Positions 39,104-48,347 of a stretch of DNA of 64,000 bases are shown here, piece after piece. Origin of the DNA: a virus; the IMG/VR virus record IMGVR_UViG_3300027804_000047, positions 53,626 through 117,625 of that record; one strand, 5' to 3'. The notes beneath the pieces were generated by a model. That model was not told the origin of the DNA and did not search any database. It saw only the letters and a list, made by a program, of their open reading frames with translations. Position numbers and translations under genes: made by a program. Numbering within the stretch: position 1 is the first letter of the stretch; the number at the start of each line of letters is the position of its first letter.

Positions 39104-39435
39104 GACCAGAACCAGTATACTCTGATGTTAAAAAATTTACTTGTCAAGATTTGTATCTGCATTCTACGGGTGCCCCGTCTGGCATACAAATTTTAGATAC
39201 ATGCCATAACATTGCAAAAATGTTGATAGATAAAAATATTGCTTATGGAGATTCTGCACTTAGCCCTGTAAGAATTTTTAGCAAATCAGATCCTAGAGAG
39301 CAGTTACATGTTCGTATTGATGATAAGTTAAGCAGGCTTATGAAAGGATCTGAGTATCCAGGAGACAACGATATAGATGATTTGATTGGCTACCTTGTAC
39401 TTTTAAAAATCGCAAAGGAAAAAAATGTCAACTGA
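39100..39435 (+). CDS. Nucleotide-modification-associated / MazG-like all-alpha protein (DUF1599-like)
   Basis: KN..YGDS, R..DK..R, DL.GY motifs. Confidence 0.65.
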   Translation: MRPEPVYSDVKKFTCQDLYLHSTGAPSGIQILDTCHNIAKMLIDKNIAYGDSALSPVRIFSKSDPREQLHVRIDDKLSRLMKGSEYPGDNDIDDLIGYLVLLKIAKEKNVN

Positions 39436-39958
39436 AGAAGATTTAGTCAAACATCTTGATGAAATTAACACCGTAGTTGGAGAATATCTAAAGGGTAATG
39501 ATGCAACTAAAATTTCTAAAGATCTTGCTATTCCAAGAACTCGTGTAGTTCAACATATCAATGAGTGGAAGGTTATGGCATCTGCTAATGATGCTATTCG
39601 TGCTCGTGCAAAAGAAGCACTTGCTGTTGCAGACACTCATTACAATAAACTAATTTCAAAATCTTATGAAGTTATTGATGAGGCTACATTAACAAATAAC
39701 CTTGGAGCAAAAACCCAGGCAATAAAACTTGTCATGGATATTGAATCTAAGAGAATTGATATGTTGCAGAAAGCAGGTCTACTAGAAAATAAAGAACTTG
39801 CAGAAGAAATGCTACAAATTGAAAAGAAACAAGAAGTACTTATGGCAATTCTTAGAGATATAGCATCTGAGCATCCAGAAATTCGTGATGAGATTATGCG
39901 TAGACTTTCTGATATTGCTAAGAAGGATGAAGTGATTACAATTGTCCATGAAGTTTGA
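39425..39958 (+). CDS. Putative terminase small subunit (N-terminal HTH, helical)
   Basis: HTH-like ATKISKDLAIPRTRV; immediately upstream of TerL. Confidence 0.55.
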   Translation: MSTEEDLVKHLDEINTVVGEYLKGNDATKISKDLAIPRTRVVQHINEWKVMASANDAIRARAKEALAVADTHYNKLISKSYEVIDEATLTNNLGAKTQAIKLVMDIESKRIDMLQKAGLLENKELAEEMLQIEKKQEVLMAILRDIASEHPEIRDEIMRRLSDIAKKDEVITIVHEV

Positions 39959-41726
39959 TGATTTTCTTGAGGCTCTTGCCGATAACCATTTTGAAGAAAA
40001 TCCAGTAGATGCTAAAACATTTGTTGAGTCCCCAGACTATTTAGGGCAACCTGCTTTATCAGATATTCAATACGACATTGTTGAAGCAATGAGCCAGATC
40101 TACAGAAAAGAAGACCTTCAAATAATAATGGGAGAGGAAGAAGGTGCAAAATACTATGAAAAATACACAAAAAATGAAATCATTTTACAACTTGGCAAGG
40201 GTAGCGGTAAAGACTTCACCTCTACTGTGGCTTGTGCTTATATTGTATACAAACTACTTTGTCTTAAGGACCCTGCGAAATACTTCGGAAAGCCATCTGG
40301 AGACGCTATAGACTTAATCAACGTGGCTATCAATGCTCAACAGGCAAAGAATGTTTTCTTCAAAGGCTTTAAGTCAAAGATTGAAAGATCGCCATGGTTT
40401 GCTGGTAAATATGAGGCAAAGGTTGATTCTATAAGTTTTGATAAATCTGTTACTGTTTATTCTGGTCACTCTGAGCGTGAATCTCATGAGGGTTTAAACC
40501 TTTTACTTGCAGTGCTCGACGAGATTTCAGGTTTTGCATCTGAAGTGGCAACAGGTAATGAACAGGGAAAAACTGCTGATAATATCTATAAGGCATTCCG
40601 TGGATCAGTAGATTCTCGCTTCCCAGACTTAGGCAAGGTAGTTCTTCTTTCATTCCCAAGATACAACGGAGATTTTATTTCTGAGCGGTATGAAGCAGTA
40701 ATCGCTGATAAAGAAGTAGTAACTAAGACACATAGATTTATTATCAATCCATTACTTCCAGAAGATGACAAGGATAATTGGTTTGATATTGCTTGGGATG
40801 AAGACCACATTAAATCTTATAAGTATCCTGGAGTTTTTGCTATTAAAAGACCTACATGGGAAGTAAACCCAACAAGAAAGGTTGATGATTTTAAGATTGC
40901 ATTTATGACAGACCTTGGAGATGCAATGATGCGTTTTGCTTGTGTTCCTACATATGCATCAGATGCTTTTTTTAAACAAGCAGACAAAGTAAGAAACTGT
41001 ATGAGTATTAGAAATCCTCTTGATACTTTTAGAAGATTTGAAGAAAACTTCAAGCCAGATCCAGAAAAAGTTTATTATGTTCATGCTGACCTTGCACAAA
41101 AACATGACAAATGTGCTGTTGCAATTGCACACGTTGAGAAGTGGGTCAATGTGCAGGTGATTAAAGACTATGAGCAGATATCTCCTGTAGTAGTTGTAGA
41201 TGCAGTAGCATGGTGGGAACCAAAGGTTGAAGGACCAGTAAATCTATCTGAGGTAAAACAGTGGATCCAAAACCTACGCAGACTTGGATTTAATATTGGA
41301 TTAGTTACATTTGACCGTTGGCAATCGTTTGATATTCAAAATGAATTACAGGCTGTAGGTATGAGAACGGAAACAGTTTCAGTAGCAAAGAAACACTATG
41401 AGGATATGGCAATGCTTGTATATGAAGAGCGCTTGGCTATGCCTGCTATAGAACTTTTGTTTGAAGAATTAACAGAACTTAAGATTATGAAAAATGATAA
41501 GGTAGACCACCCACGTAAAAAATCTAAAGACTTGGCAGATGCTGTGTGTGGTTCTATTTTTGGTGCTATTTCCCACACACCCAGAGACCAAAACCTTGAA
41601 GTTGAGATTCACACATTTAAGGATAAACCCCGTAGAGTTGACACGCTCCCTGAGAACGTGATACAATATAAACCTAGTCAAATAGAAGAAATAAATGACT
41701 ATTTGGATAGACTAAAAACAATATAA
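39942..41726 (+). CDS. terL: Terminase large subunit
   Basis: Walker A GKGSGKD, Walker B AVLDE, RNase H-like HADLA, FDRWQS, KDLADA; start may be ATG 39948. Confidence 0.92.
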   Translation: MSMKFDDFLEALADNHFEENPVDAKTFVESPDYLGQPALSDIQYDIVEAMSQIYRKEDLQIIMGEEEGAKYYEKYTKNEIILQLGKGSGKDFTSTVACAYIVYKLLCLKDPAKYFGKPSGDAIDLINVAINAQQAKNVFFKGFKSKIERSPWFAGKYEAKVDSISFDKSVTVYSGHSERESHEGLNLLLAVLDEISGFASEVATGNEQGKTADNIYKAFRGSVDSRFPDLGKVVLLSFPRYNGDFISERYEAVIADKEVVTKTHRFIINPLLPEDDKDNWFDIAWDEDHIKSYKYPGVFAIKRPTWEVNPTRKVDDFKIAFMTDLGDAMMRFACVPTYASDAFFKQADKVRNCMSIRNPLDTFRRFEENFKPDPEKVYYVHADLAQKHDKCAVAIAHVEKWVNVQVIKDYEQISPVVVVDAVAWWEPKVEGPVNLSEVKQWIQNLRRLGFNIGLVTFDRWQSFDIQNELQAVGMRTETVSVAKKHYEDMAMLVYEERLAMPAIELLFEELTELKIMKNDKVDHPRKKSKDLADAVCGSIFGAISHTPRDQNLEVEIHTFKDKPRRVDTLPENVIQYKPSQIEEINDYLDRLKTI

Positions 41727-41751
41727 ATAAAATGAATATACAAGGAGAAAA

Positions 41752-42900
41752 ATGAATTCATTAAAGAAAATCGCTCTAGCCGTGGTTGCAGCCATGACTA
41801 CCGCAACAATCGTGGCTTCGCCTGCAAGCGCAGCCGTAATGACAGTCGCTGTATCACTTGACGGAACTGCTAATACAACAGCATCCGCAATTGCTACACC
41901 TGCTGCATTGCCAGTACCAGCAGACAACACAGTTGACGCTGCTGACGCACTCAAGTTTGTTGCAACAGTTGACACAGGAACATCGGTAACTGTATCAACA
42001 ACAAATGCAACAATTGTTTCTGCATTGCATACATCTGCTGCACCAGTATCTGCGTCATCAGGATCTTCATCTTTGACAATTGCAACTGGAACAGGAACAA
42101 CTGCAACATTTTGGGTTTATACAAAGACAACAGCAATTGGTACTGTAACAATTACCAATCAGGGAACAACCCTAACATATTATGTACAAGGAACTGCAGG
42201 AAAGATTAATACTCTTGCACTTTCATCTGCTGATGCTGGAACAACCTCAAGCGTTGTAACTGCAACAGTAACAGCAACAGACGTATTTGGTAACAAGGTA
42301 TCAGGTAAGGGTCTAACAGCACTTGTTGTTGGTGGAACTCTTGATACAACTACTGCTACAACTGGCGCTACTTTGACTAACTTTGGTCAAGCAGACTTCA
42401 AGGTAACACTGCCAACAACTGGTTCTTCAACCCTTGTTGTATCTGTTACAAACTCATCTGATGTTGCATCTGTTGTAACAGGTTTCAACACAGTAACTTC
42501 AAGCGTAGTCAAGACAATCACAGTTCGTGATCTTCTTGGAGAACTTGCTGCTGAAAAGGCTGCTAAGGATGCTGCTATTGCTGCTAAGGCTGCAGTAGAT
42601 GCTGCTCTTGCTAAGGCTGTAGCAGACGCTGCTACTGCTGCTGCTAAGGCTACTGCTGATGCTGTTGCTGCTAAGGCTGCTGCAGATGCTGACAAGGCTG
42701 CTGCTGTAAAGGCAGAAGTTGACAAGGCTGCTGCTGCTGCTAAGGTTGCATCAGATGCACTTGCTGCTAAGGATGCACAGATTGCTAAGTTGACAGCAGA
42801 CAATGCTGCAGCAATTAAGTCACTTAAGGATGCTTTCAATAAGTTGGCTCGTCAATGGAATGCAAAGAATCCAAAGGCAAAAGTAACACTAGTTAAGTAA
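41752..42900 (+). CDS. Secreted Ig-like, Thr/Ala-rich surface protein with C-terminal Ala/Lys coiled coil
   Basis: Sec signal MNSLKKIALAVVAAM...PASA; ATDVFGN Ig-like motif; promoter TGATACAAT inside terL, AAGGAG RBS, terminator. Confidence 0.75.
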   Translation: MNSLKKIALAVVAAMTTATIVASPASAAVMTVAVSLDGTANTTASAIATPAALPVPADNTVDAADALKFVATVDTGTSVTVSTTNATIVSALHTSAAPVSASSGSSSLTIATGTGTTATFWVYTKTTAIGTVTITNQGTTLTYYVQGTAGKINTLALSSADAGTTSSVVTATVTATDVFGNKVSGKGLTALVVGGTLDTTTATTGATLTNFGQADFKVTLPTTGSSTLVVSVTNSSDVASVVTGFNTVTSSVVKTITVRDLLGELAAEKAAKDAAIAAKAAVDAALAKAVADAATAAAKATADAVAAKAAADADKAAAVKAEVDKAAAAAKVASDALAAKDAQIAKLTADNAAAIKSLKDAFNKLARQWNAKNPKAKVTLVK

Positions 42901-42918
42901 TTAATACTTAAAAAGATT

Positions 42919-42950
42919 GGGAGTCAGGAAACTGGCTCCCTTTTCTTTTA
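42919..42950 (+). terminator. Intrinsic terminator
   Basis: GGGAGTCAG GAAA CTGGCTCCC TTTTCTTTT. Confidence 0.85.
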
Positions 42951-43001
42951 TAATAAAATGATATAATCATCTTATTAAATGTTGTTCAAGGAGAAAGTAA
43001 T

Positions 43002-45047
43002 ATTAAAAGGCTAACACGAATAGCACTAACAACTTTTTTAGCATTTGGATGGCTTATAGCAGCCCCTACAGAGGCTAATTCTGATGATCCATTAACAATC
43101 GCTGCTCAAGAAATACAAGACCTTAGAGACAGTGTAGAAGATCTCAATTATAAAGATGAGTTTAATAGTTTAATAAATATAGCAGAAGAAAAATATGATG
43201 AGGCAGTGCAAGCAAAGGAAGATAGAGATGATGCATATGACTCATATGATTCTGCGGTAGCAGCAGAAGTCACGGCACTTGAAGAAAAAACATTAGCCCA
43301 ATCAGCAGTAGATGGACAAACAGTAACAGTGGCCACAGCATTGCAGGATAAAAATGATGCTCAAGACGCTTTAGACATAGCCAATTTAAATGTTCAAACA
43401 ACACAGGCAGCAGTTTCAAATGCTGGTAATTCAGGATTACAATATACAGTATATTATCTTACAAGAGGGTTTGGCGGAGTAGCAATTCCAAGCGGTGTTA
43501 TATGTACTGGAGTCTGGAATTCAAATTCAATGCAGCCACCAGTATGCGGCAGATACGAAGATTTTATAGTTAAATTTACTGGAACTATTACTGTCCCATC
43601 ACATTGGACATCAACAAAATTTGCAGGTTACACAGATGATGGATTTAGGATGTATATTAATGGACAACTTGCAGTTAATAACTGGGTAGAGCAAGGAAGT
43701 ACATGGAGTCCATATTCTCCAGTTTATGATGTAAGTCAAGATAAAACTTTAGATGTAGAAATATGGTGGTATAACGGTGGAGGTCCAGGCTACTATCATC
43801 TTGGATGGGCAATTCCTGGAGGTTGGACTGGAGCAGGATGTGATTATACTGGTGGATGGGGTGTAGGATTTAGTTGTAATCTCAATACATTTTCACATGG
43901 ATCTGGTGCAACACAAGCACAAATAGATGCATATAATGAAGCATTAGCAGATCAAGAAACTAAGCAAACAATTTATAATAATAAACTTGCTTATTATAAT
44001 ACTCAAAACCAAAACCTAACAACATTAAATCAAAACCTAACAACTGCTACACAAAACCTAACAACAGCACAGCAAAACCTAACAAATACTTTGACTGCAA
44101 AAAATAATGCTATTTCTTTTTATAATCAAGCAGTTATTGATATGAATGATGCAATACAAGATGCTTGGGATTATTATGATGAACAATTAGAAAGAGAAAT
44201 ACAGATTGCTATTGCTCAGGCAGCAGCAAATGCTGCAGCAAATCAACCAACACCTGTAGCAACTCCAGACCCTGAGCCAACTGTAGAACCTACTCCAGAA
44301 CCAACTATTGAACCAACACCTGAACCTACAGTAGAACCAACTCCTGAACCTACACCAGAACCAGAGCCAACTCCTGAACCTACAATAGATCCTACTCCAG
44401 AACCAGAACCTACACCAGAACCAGAGCCAACTATAGAGCCTACACCAGAGCCTACTACTGATCCAACTCCTGAGCCTACTCCTGGACCTGAACCAACCCC
44501 AGAGCCTACTCCTGAAATAGATGATGAAATAAAAGAATTAATTCCTGAAAATGGTACAGGAACAGCAGAAGATTTATCTGGAGTTATTGCTAATCTTACA
44601 AGTAAAGATAATAAGTTAGTTGTTTTATCACCTGAGCAAGTAGCAGCAGTTAGCCAAACATTGAAGGCTTTGACTCAGGAAGCAAAAGCAGAGGTAGCAC
44701 AAGACTTAGGTATCAAGGCATCAGAAGTTGAAAAGATTGCAGAGGCAATGAAATCTGATCCTGAAATTGCTACAGCGTTTGTAGAGTTTGAAAGTAGAGC
44801 AGCAGAAGCGGGGGATTCAGCAATGCCATTCACATTGGCAGACGCTATTACTGAAGTACAGACAGAAGCATTTTTGGCAGACCCACTTGGAACATTAACA
44901 GATATAGACTTTGATAAATTATTAAGCCCTACAGATTGGGGCAAAGACATGACAGATGACCAAAGAGAGAAGGTCCAAGAGGTGGTAATTCCTGTTATTT
45001 TGGTAGGAAATATTGTTAGTTCAGTTATGTCACTAAGGAGGTTATAA
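43002..45047 (+). CDS. Exported PA14-domain protein with coiled coils, Pro/Thr/Glu stalk and C-terminal membrane anchor; probable ATT start
   Basis: Frame open from the stop at 42954 with no ATG/GTG/TTG until 43206; ATT at 43002 lies 8 nt after AAGGAG and begins a signal peptide; PA14 motifs [26 protein letters not shown]. Confidence 0.75.
   Translation: MKRLTRIALTTFLAFGWLIAAPTEANSDDPLTIAAQEIQDLRDSVEDLNYKDEFNSLINIAEEKYDEAVQAKEDRDDAYDSYDSAVAAEVTALEEKTLAQSAVDGQTVTVATALQDKNDAQDALDIANLNVQTTQAAVSNAGNSGLQYTVYYLTRGFGGVAIPSGVICTGVWNSNSMQPPVCGRYEDFIVKFTGTITVPSHWTSTKFAGYTDDGFRMYINGQLAVNNWVEQGSTWSPYSPVYDVSQDKTLDVEIWWYNGGGPGYYHLGWAIPGGWTGAGCDYTGGWGVGFSCNLNTFSHGSGATQAQIDAYNEALADQETKQTIYNNKLAYYNTQNQNLTTLNQNLTTATQNLTTAQQNLTNTLTAKNNAISFYNQAVIDMNDAIQDAWDYYDEQLEREIQIAIAQAAANAAANQPTPVATPDPEPTVEPTPEPTIEPTPEPTVEPTPEPTPEPEPTPEPTIDPTPEPEPTPEPEPTIEPTPEPTTDPTPEPTPGPEPTPEPTPEIDDEIKELIPENGTGTAEDLSGVIANLTSKDNKLVVLSPEQVAAVSQTLKALTQEAKAEVAQDLGIKASEVEKIAEAMKSDPEIATAFVEFESRAAEAGDSAMPFTLADAITEVQTEAFLADPLGTLTDIDFDKLLSPTDWGKDMTDDQREKVQEVVIPVILVGNIVSSVMSLRRL
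44245..44516 (+). repeat. Degenerate PTPEP/PTIEP coding repeats
   Basis: Imperfect ~12-nt repeats encoding a mucin-like stalk. Confidence 0.9.
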
Positions 45048-45048
45048 T

Positions 45049-45258
45049 ATGAACATGATTAAAAGGATAGTTAAGGGGCTTCTTAAGTGGTTTAAGGCTG
45101 CTGTAATTGAGAGTATTGCCCAGATATTCACCATTCTTGGCTTCTTTATTGCCTGGCTTACCCTTACAGGTACCGCTCAGCAGGTGGTTGGGGTAGCCAC
45201 ATTAATATCAATTGCCCTATGGCTTATCACCATCCCACTTCGTGAAGACAAAGAATAG
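45049..45258 (+). CDS. Small two-TM membrane protein
   Basis: Two hydrophobic helices; AGGAGG RBS. Confidence 0.65.
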   Translation: MNMIKRIVKGLLKWFKAAVIESIAQIFTILGFFIAWLTLTGTAQQVVGVATLISIALWLITIPLREDKE

Positions 45259-45274
45259 TTGGTATAATAAAGGT

Positions 45275-45460
45275 ATGAAGATTCGTCATATTTTACTATC
45301 GTGTATACTTGTATTAGGCCTTTCTGGCTGTGGGTATGACGGTCATTATCGTTATCCTTGCCAGGATCCAGTAAACTGGGAAAAGGCAGAATGTAAGCCA
45401 CCACTTTGTGAGGCTACAGGAACTTGTACAAAAGACTTGATAGGAAAACAGGATGAGTAA
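45275..45460 (+). CDS. Small Cys-rich lipoprotein
   Basis: MKIRHILLSCILVLGLSGC lipobox; leaderless TGGTATAAT, 6 nt, ATG. Confidence 0.7.
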   Translation: MKIRHILLSCILVLGLSGCGYDGHYRYPCQDPVNWEKAECKPPLCEATGTCTKDLIGKQDE

Positions 45461-45863
45461 GCAAAGATTAACACCGCAAGATCTTGATGCACGACTAAAA
45501 TTTATTCTTGGTTGTACACTTGGAGCAATTCTATTATTTACAGCATTAGGAATTTTATACGCACTTATATTTGTGACACAACCAATTGGAGCACAGTCAG
45601 AAAATGACAAGATGTTTTTCAATGTGCTTGGTTCAGTTGCTACATTTATCACAGGAACACTTGCAGGTCTATTGATTGGGCAGAGTGGTGCTAAAGATAT
45701 TATGCAAGCACAGATGGATAATAAAAAAGTAGATTCAGAAATTAGAATGGCAGAAGATAAACTTGATGCAGAGTTAGACGAAGTAAGAGCAAGACTCGCT
45801 GCCAAGCCAGACGGTGCAATGCCAGCAGAGCAACCAGTAGATACTAATTGGGATAAGGAGTAA
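45453..45863 (+). CDS. Two-TM holin-like protein
   Basis: Two TM helices and a charged tail; immediately before endolysin. Confidence 0.55.
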   Translation: MSKQRLTPQDLDARLKFILGCTLGAILLFTALGILYALIFVTQPIGAQSENDKMFFNVLGSVATFITGTLAGLLIGQSGAKDIMQAQMDNKKVDSEIRMAEDKLDAELDEVRARLAAKPDGAMPAEQPVDTNWDKE

Positions 45864-45866
45864 GCG

Positions 45867-46502
45867 ATGGCACAAGATGATTTTCCAGTACCAGCAGCAA
45901 CAGAAAAGGCTCCGCAAGGAACTGCTGCTCGTCTTATTCAAGTTGCTAAATCTCAAGTAGGATATATCGAAGGTCCTAAAGATAATGAAACAAAATACGG
46001 TGCATATACAAAGGCAAACTTTCAACCATGGTGTGGATCATTTGTTAATTGGTGCGGTAATGAGGCTGGCGTAAAGATTCCTAATACTGTTTACACTCCA
46101 GGTGGTGCACAGGCATTTAAAAAGGCTGGGGCATGGATTGACGGAGATTTAGCGGATCCAGAGCCAGGAGATATAGCCTATTTTGATTTCCCTTCAGATG
46201 GTGTCGATAGAATTTCTCACGTAGGAATTGTTATTGAAGATAACGAAGACGGAACTGTATGGTGCATTGAAGGAAACACTTCTTCAAATAAGAAGGGTAG
46301 CCAAAGAAATGGCGGAGAATGTTGTAAACAACTTCGTGCTTATAAGAAAAATAAAGCAGGAGTAATGGTTTCAATCGTTGGTTTTGGTCGTCCTAAATTC
46401 AAGGGTGCAGCAAAAACATCAGAAACAATTACTAATAAGACTGATAAGCCTAAGCCAAACAAAGTAAAAACTTGTCCAACATGTGGACAAGATGTCAAGT
46501 AG
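45867..46502 (+). CDS. CHAP-domain endolysin
   Basis: SQVGY.E, PWCGSFVNW, PGDI..F, SHVGIV, IEGNT. Confidence 0.88.
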   Translation: MAQDDFPVPAATEKAPQGTAARLIQVAKSQVGYIEGPKDNETKYGAYTKANFQPWCGSFVNWCGNEAGVKIPNTVYTPGGAQAFKKAGAWIDGDLADPEPGDIAYFDFPSDGVDRISHVGIVIEDNEDGTVWCIEGNTSSNKKGSQRNGGECCKQLRAYKKNKAGVMVSIVGFGRPKFKGAAKTSETITNKTDKPKPNKVKTCPTCGQDVK

Positions 46503-46560
46503 TATTTGACATAAGCCTTACATTTTGATATACTGATATAAACAAACAGAAAGGTATCCT

Positions 46561-47094
46561 ATGACCTGCATTGCAGTAGTTCGTGATTCAGCAACAAATA
46601 AAATATATATGGCTGGAGATCGTGGTGTCTCAGATGACAATACTATTAATGTCTGTTCAAGTCCAAAGGTTTGGAAAAAAGAAGGCTACCTGTTTGGATA
46701 TGCTGGTTCAATGGATGGGGATAGAATAAAACATTTATTTATTCCACCAACACCAGAACCAAGAGTTAATATTGATAAGTTCATGTATAGCAAATTCCTT
46801 AAAGCACTTAGAAAATTTTATGAAGAATGGTGGGTAGATGTTTCTCCATCATCAGATTTTGGTTTAATAATTTGTGTTAAAGGTAAGATCTATGAGCATA
46901 ACGCAGCAGACATGTCTTTAACACAATACGACCAAGATTATTTAGCAATGGGATCTGGCGGAGATTTAGCCTTGGGTTCTTTGTATTCAACTAAGTTATA
47001 TAAGGACGGTAGAAAGAGAGCAAACTTAGCAGTTCAGGCTGCTATTAATCACTCAACTTCTTGCAAGGGTCCTATTGACATTGTAAGCATTTAG
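46561..47094 (+). CDS. Proteasome-beta/HslV-like Ntn hydrolase
   Basis: N-terminal MTCI (Thr1), AGD, K, GYAGS, AMGSG..A.G; TTGACA, 17 nt, TATACT promoter. Confidence 0.75.
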   Translation: MTCIAVVRDSATNKIYMAGDRGVSDDNTINVCSSPKVWKKEGYLFGYAGSMDGDRIKHLFIPPTPEPRVNIDKFMYSKFLKALRKFYEEWWVDVSPSSDFGLIICVKGKIYEHNAADMSLTQYDQDYLAMGSGGDLALGSLYSTKLYKDGRKRANLAVQAAINHSTSCKGPIDIVSI

Positions 47095-47109
47095 GTATAT
47101 ACTAAAGAT

Positions 47110-47313
47110 ATGAATCATATGGGTATGGAAGATCTGACTCCTGAGGAGCAGGAATTCGGTATTTGGTTACAAAACGGCATTGAGAGAGGCTGGATTAGTG
47201 ACCCTTATTGCCACACACATGACGGTGGTTATCAGTATATGAGTGAAGAAGAAATAGAAGAATGGGAAGCAGGAGGCGACCCATGCGAACATGTATTAAG
47301 AATATTCATCTAA
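47110..47313 (+). CDS. Hypothetical protein
   Basis: Leaderless TTGACA, 17 nt, TATACT, 6 nt, ATG; C.THDG...GGDPC. Confidence 0.7.
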   Translation: MNHMGMEDLTPEEQEFGIWLQNGIERGWISDPYCHTHDGGYQYMSEEEIEEWEAGGDPCEHVLRIFI

Positions 47314-47327
47314 CAGAAAGGCAACAA

Positions 47328-48110
47328 ATGAAAAAAATATCACTACTAGTAATTGCTTTAATTGCAGCACTATTGCCTGTAACACAAGCACAGGCCAACA
47401 CAAAATCACTTGTTATTATTGACAGTTATTTTGACTCAAGATCAATTTCAGGTAACACAACATGTATTACTTTGCAACAAACAGCATGCTTAGACGACAT
47501 TAAGTTACTTCCAACACAGCCATCACATGAAGTGAATCATGGCAATGCTATGGCTTTAGTTGCTCGTAAACAATCTGCTTCAATTAACATTTTGCTTGTA
47601 CGCTCTGGCACGGTAGTTATTAATAAGAGAGATGCAAATAAGAGTTATGTAAATGCTATGACTGTTCAGCAATTAGATCAGGCTCTTCAATTTGTAAAAA
47701 ACAATTCTTCAAAAGTTTCTGCAGTTTCAATTTCAAGAGGATCTGCTAATAATGGAAGTTGCTCTACAACAAATAGAACTACAGATGCTTCAATCAAATC
47801 TACAATTGCACACTTAAGTTCAATTGGAATTCCAGTATTTATTTCTACTGGAAATAAACCAGGAAATCCAGTAGAGTATCCAGCATGCATTGCAGCATCA
47901 AATTCAGTTGCTGCTGGTGTTGGTGGTGTTCTATATAATAGCAATTATGATGCATCAGTAGATCATGTAGGAACAACACCAGCAAATGTATTTTCTTATA
48001 ATGTTGGAATTATGTTAGTTCCACAAACTACATCATCTGCTACTGCTGCTACAGCAGCACAATATGTTTCTGGAGTTGCGTTATCTAAAACATTTAACTT
48101 AATTCCATAA
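47328..48110 (+). CDS. Secreted subtilisin-like (S8) peptidase
   Basis: Signal peptide ending AQA; IIDS, NHG, STGN, YPAC, TTSSA motifs. Confidence 0.7.
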   Translation: MKKISLLVIALIAALLPVTQAQANTKSLVIIDSYFDSRSISGNTTCITLQQTACLDDIKLLPTQPSHEVNHGNAMALVARKQSASINILLVRSGTVVINKRDANKSYVNAMTVQQLDQALQFVKNNSSKVSAVSISRGSANNGSCSTTNRTTDASIKSTIAHLSSIGIPVFISTGNKPGNPVEYPACIAASNSVAAGVGGVLYNSNYDASVDHVGTTPANVFSYNVGIMLVPQTTSSATAATAAQYVSGVALSKTFNLIP

Positions 48111-48118
48111 ATTGGTTT

Positions 48119-48191
48119 TGGTCTGTAGTTCAGTTGGTAGAACACTCGACTGTTAATCGAGATGTCGCAGGATCGAGACCTGCCAGACCAG
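48119..48191 (+). tRNA. tRNA-Asn(GTT)
   Basis: Acceptor TGGTCTG/CAGACCA; anticodon arm CTCGA-CTGTTAA-TCGAG; atypical T-loop ATCGAGA. Confidence 0.88.
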
Positions 48192-48195
48192 CAAG

Positions 48196-48269
48196 GGTCC
48201 GTTAGTTCAGTTGGTTAGAACGCTACCCTGTCACGGTAGAGGTCACGAGTTCAAGTCTCGTACGGATCG
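48196..48269 (+). tRNA. tRNA-Asp(GTC)
   Basis: Acceptor GGTCCGT/ACGGATC; CTACC-CTGTCAC-GGTAG; T-loop TTCAAGT. Confidence 0.92.
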
Positions 48270-48273
48270 CTAA

Positions 48274-48346
48274 GTCTCCATGGTCTAGAGGCCTAGGACT
48301 CCACCCTTTCACGGTGGCAACACGGGTTCGAATCCCGTTGGAGATG
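48274..48346 (+). tRNA. tRNA-Glu(TTC)
   Basis: Acceptor GTCTCCA/TGGAGAT; CCACC-CTTTCAC-GGTGG; T-loop TTCGAAT. Confidence 0.92.
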
Positions 48347-48347
48347 C

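Noticed and set aside
26309-41726. Inteins or introns in DnaB, DnaE, RecA or TerL
   Set aside because: Lengths are normal, motifs are contiguous, and no intein-like termini were noticed
42387-42839. 150-aa Ala-rich minus-strand ORF
   Set aside because: Shadow of GCT repeats in the secreted protein gene
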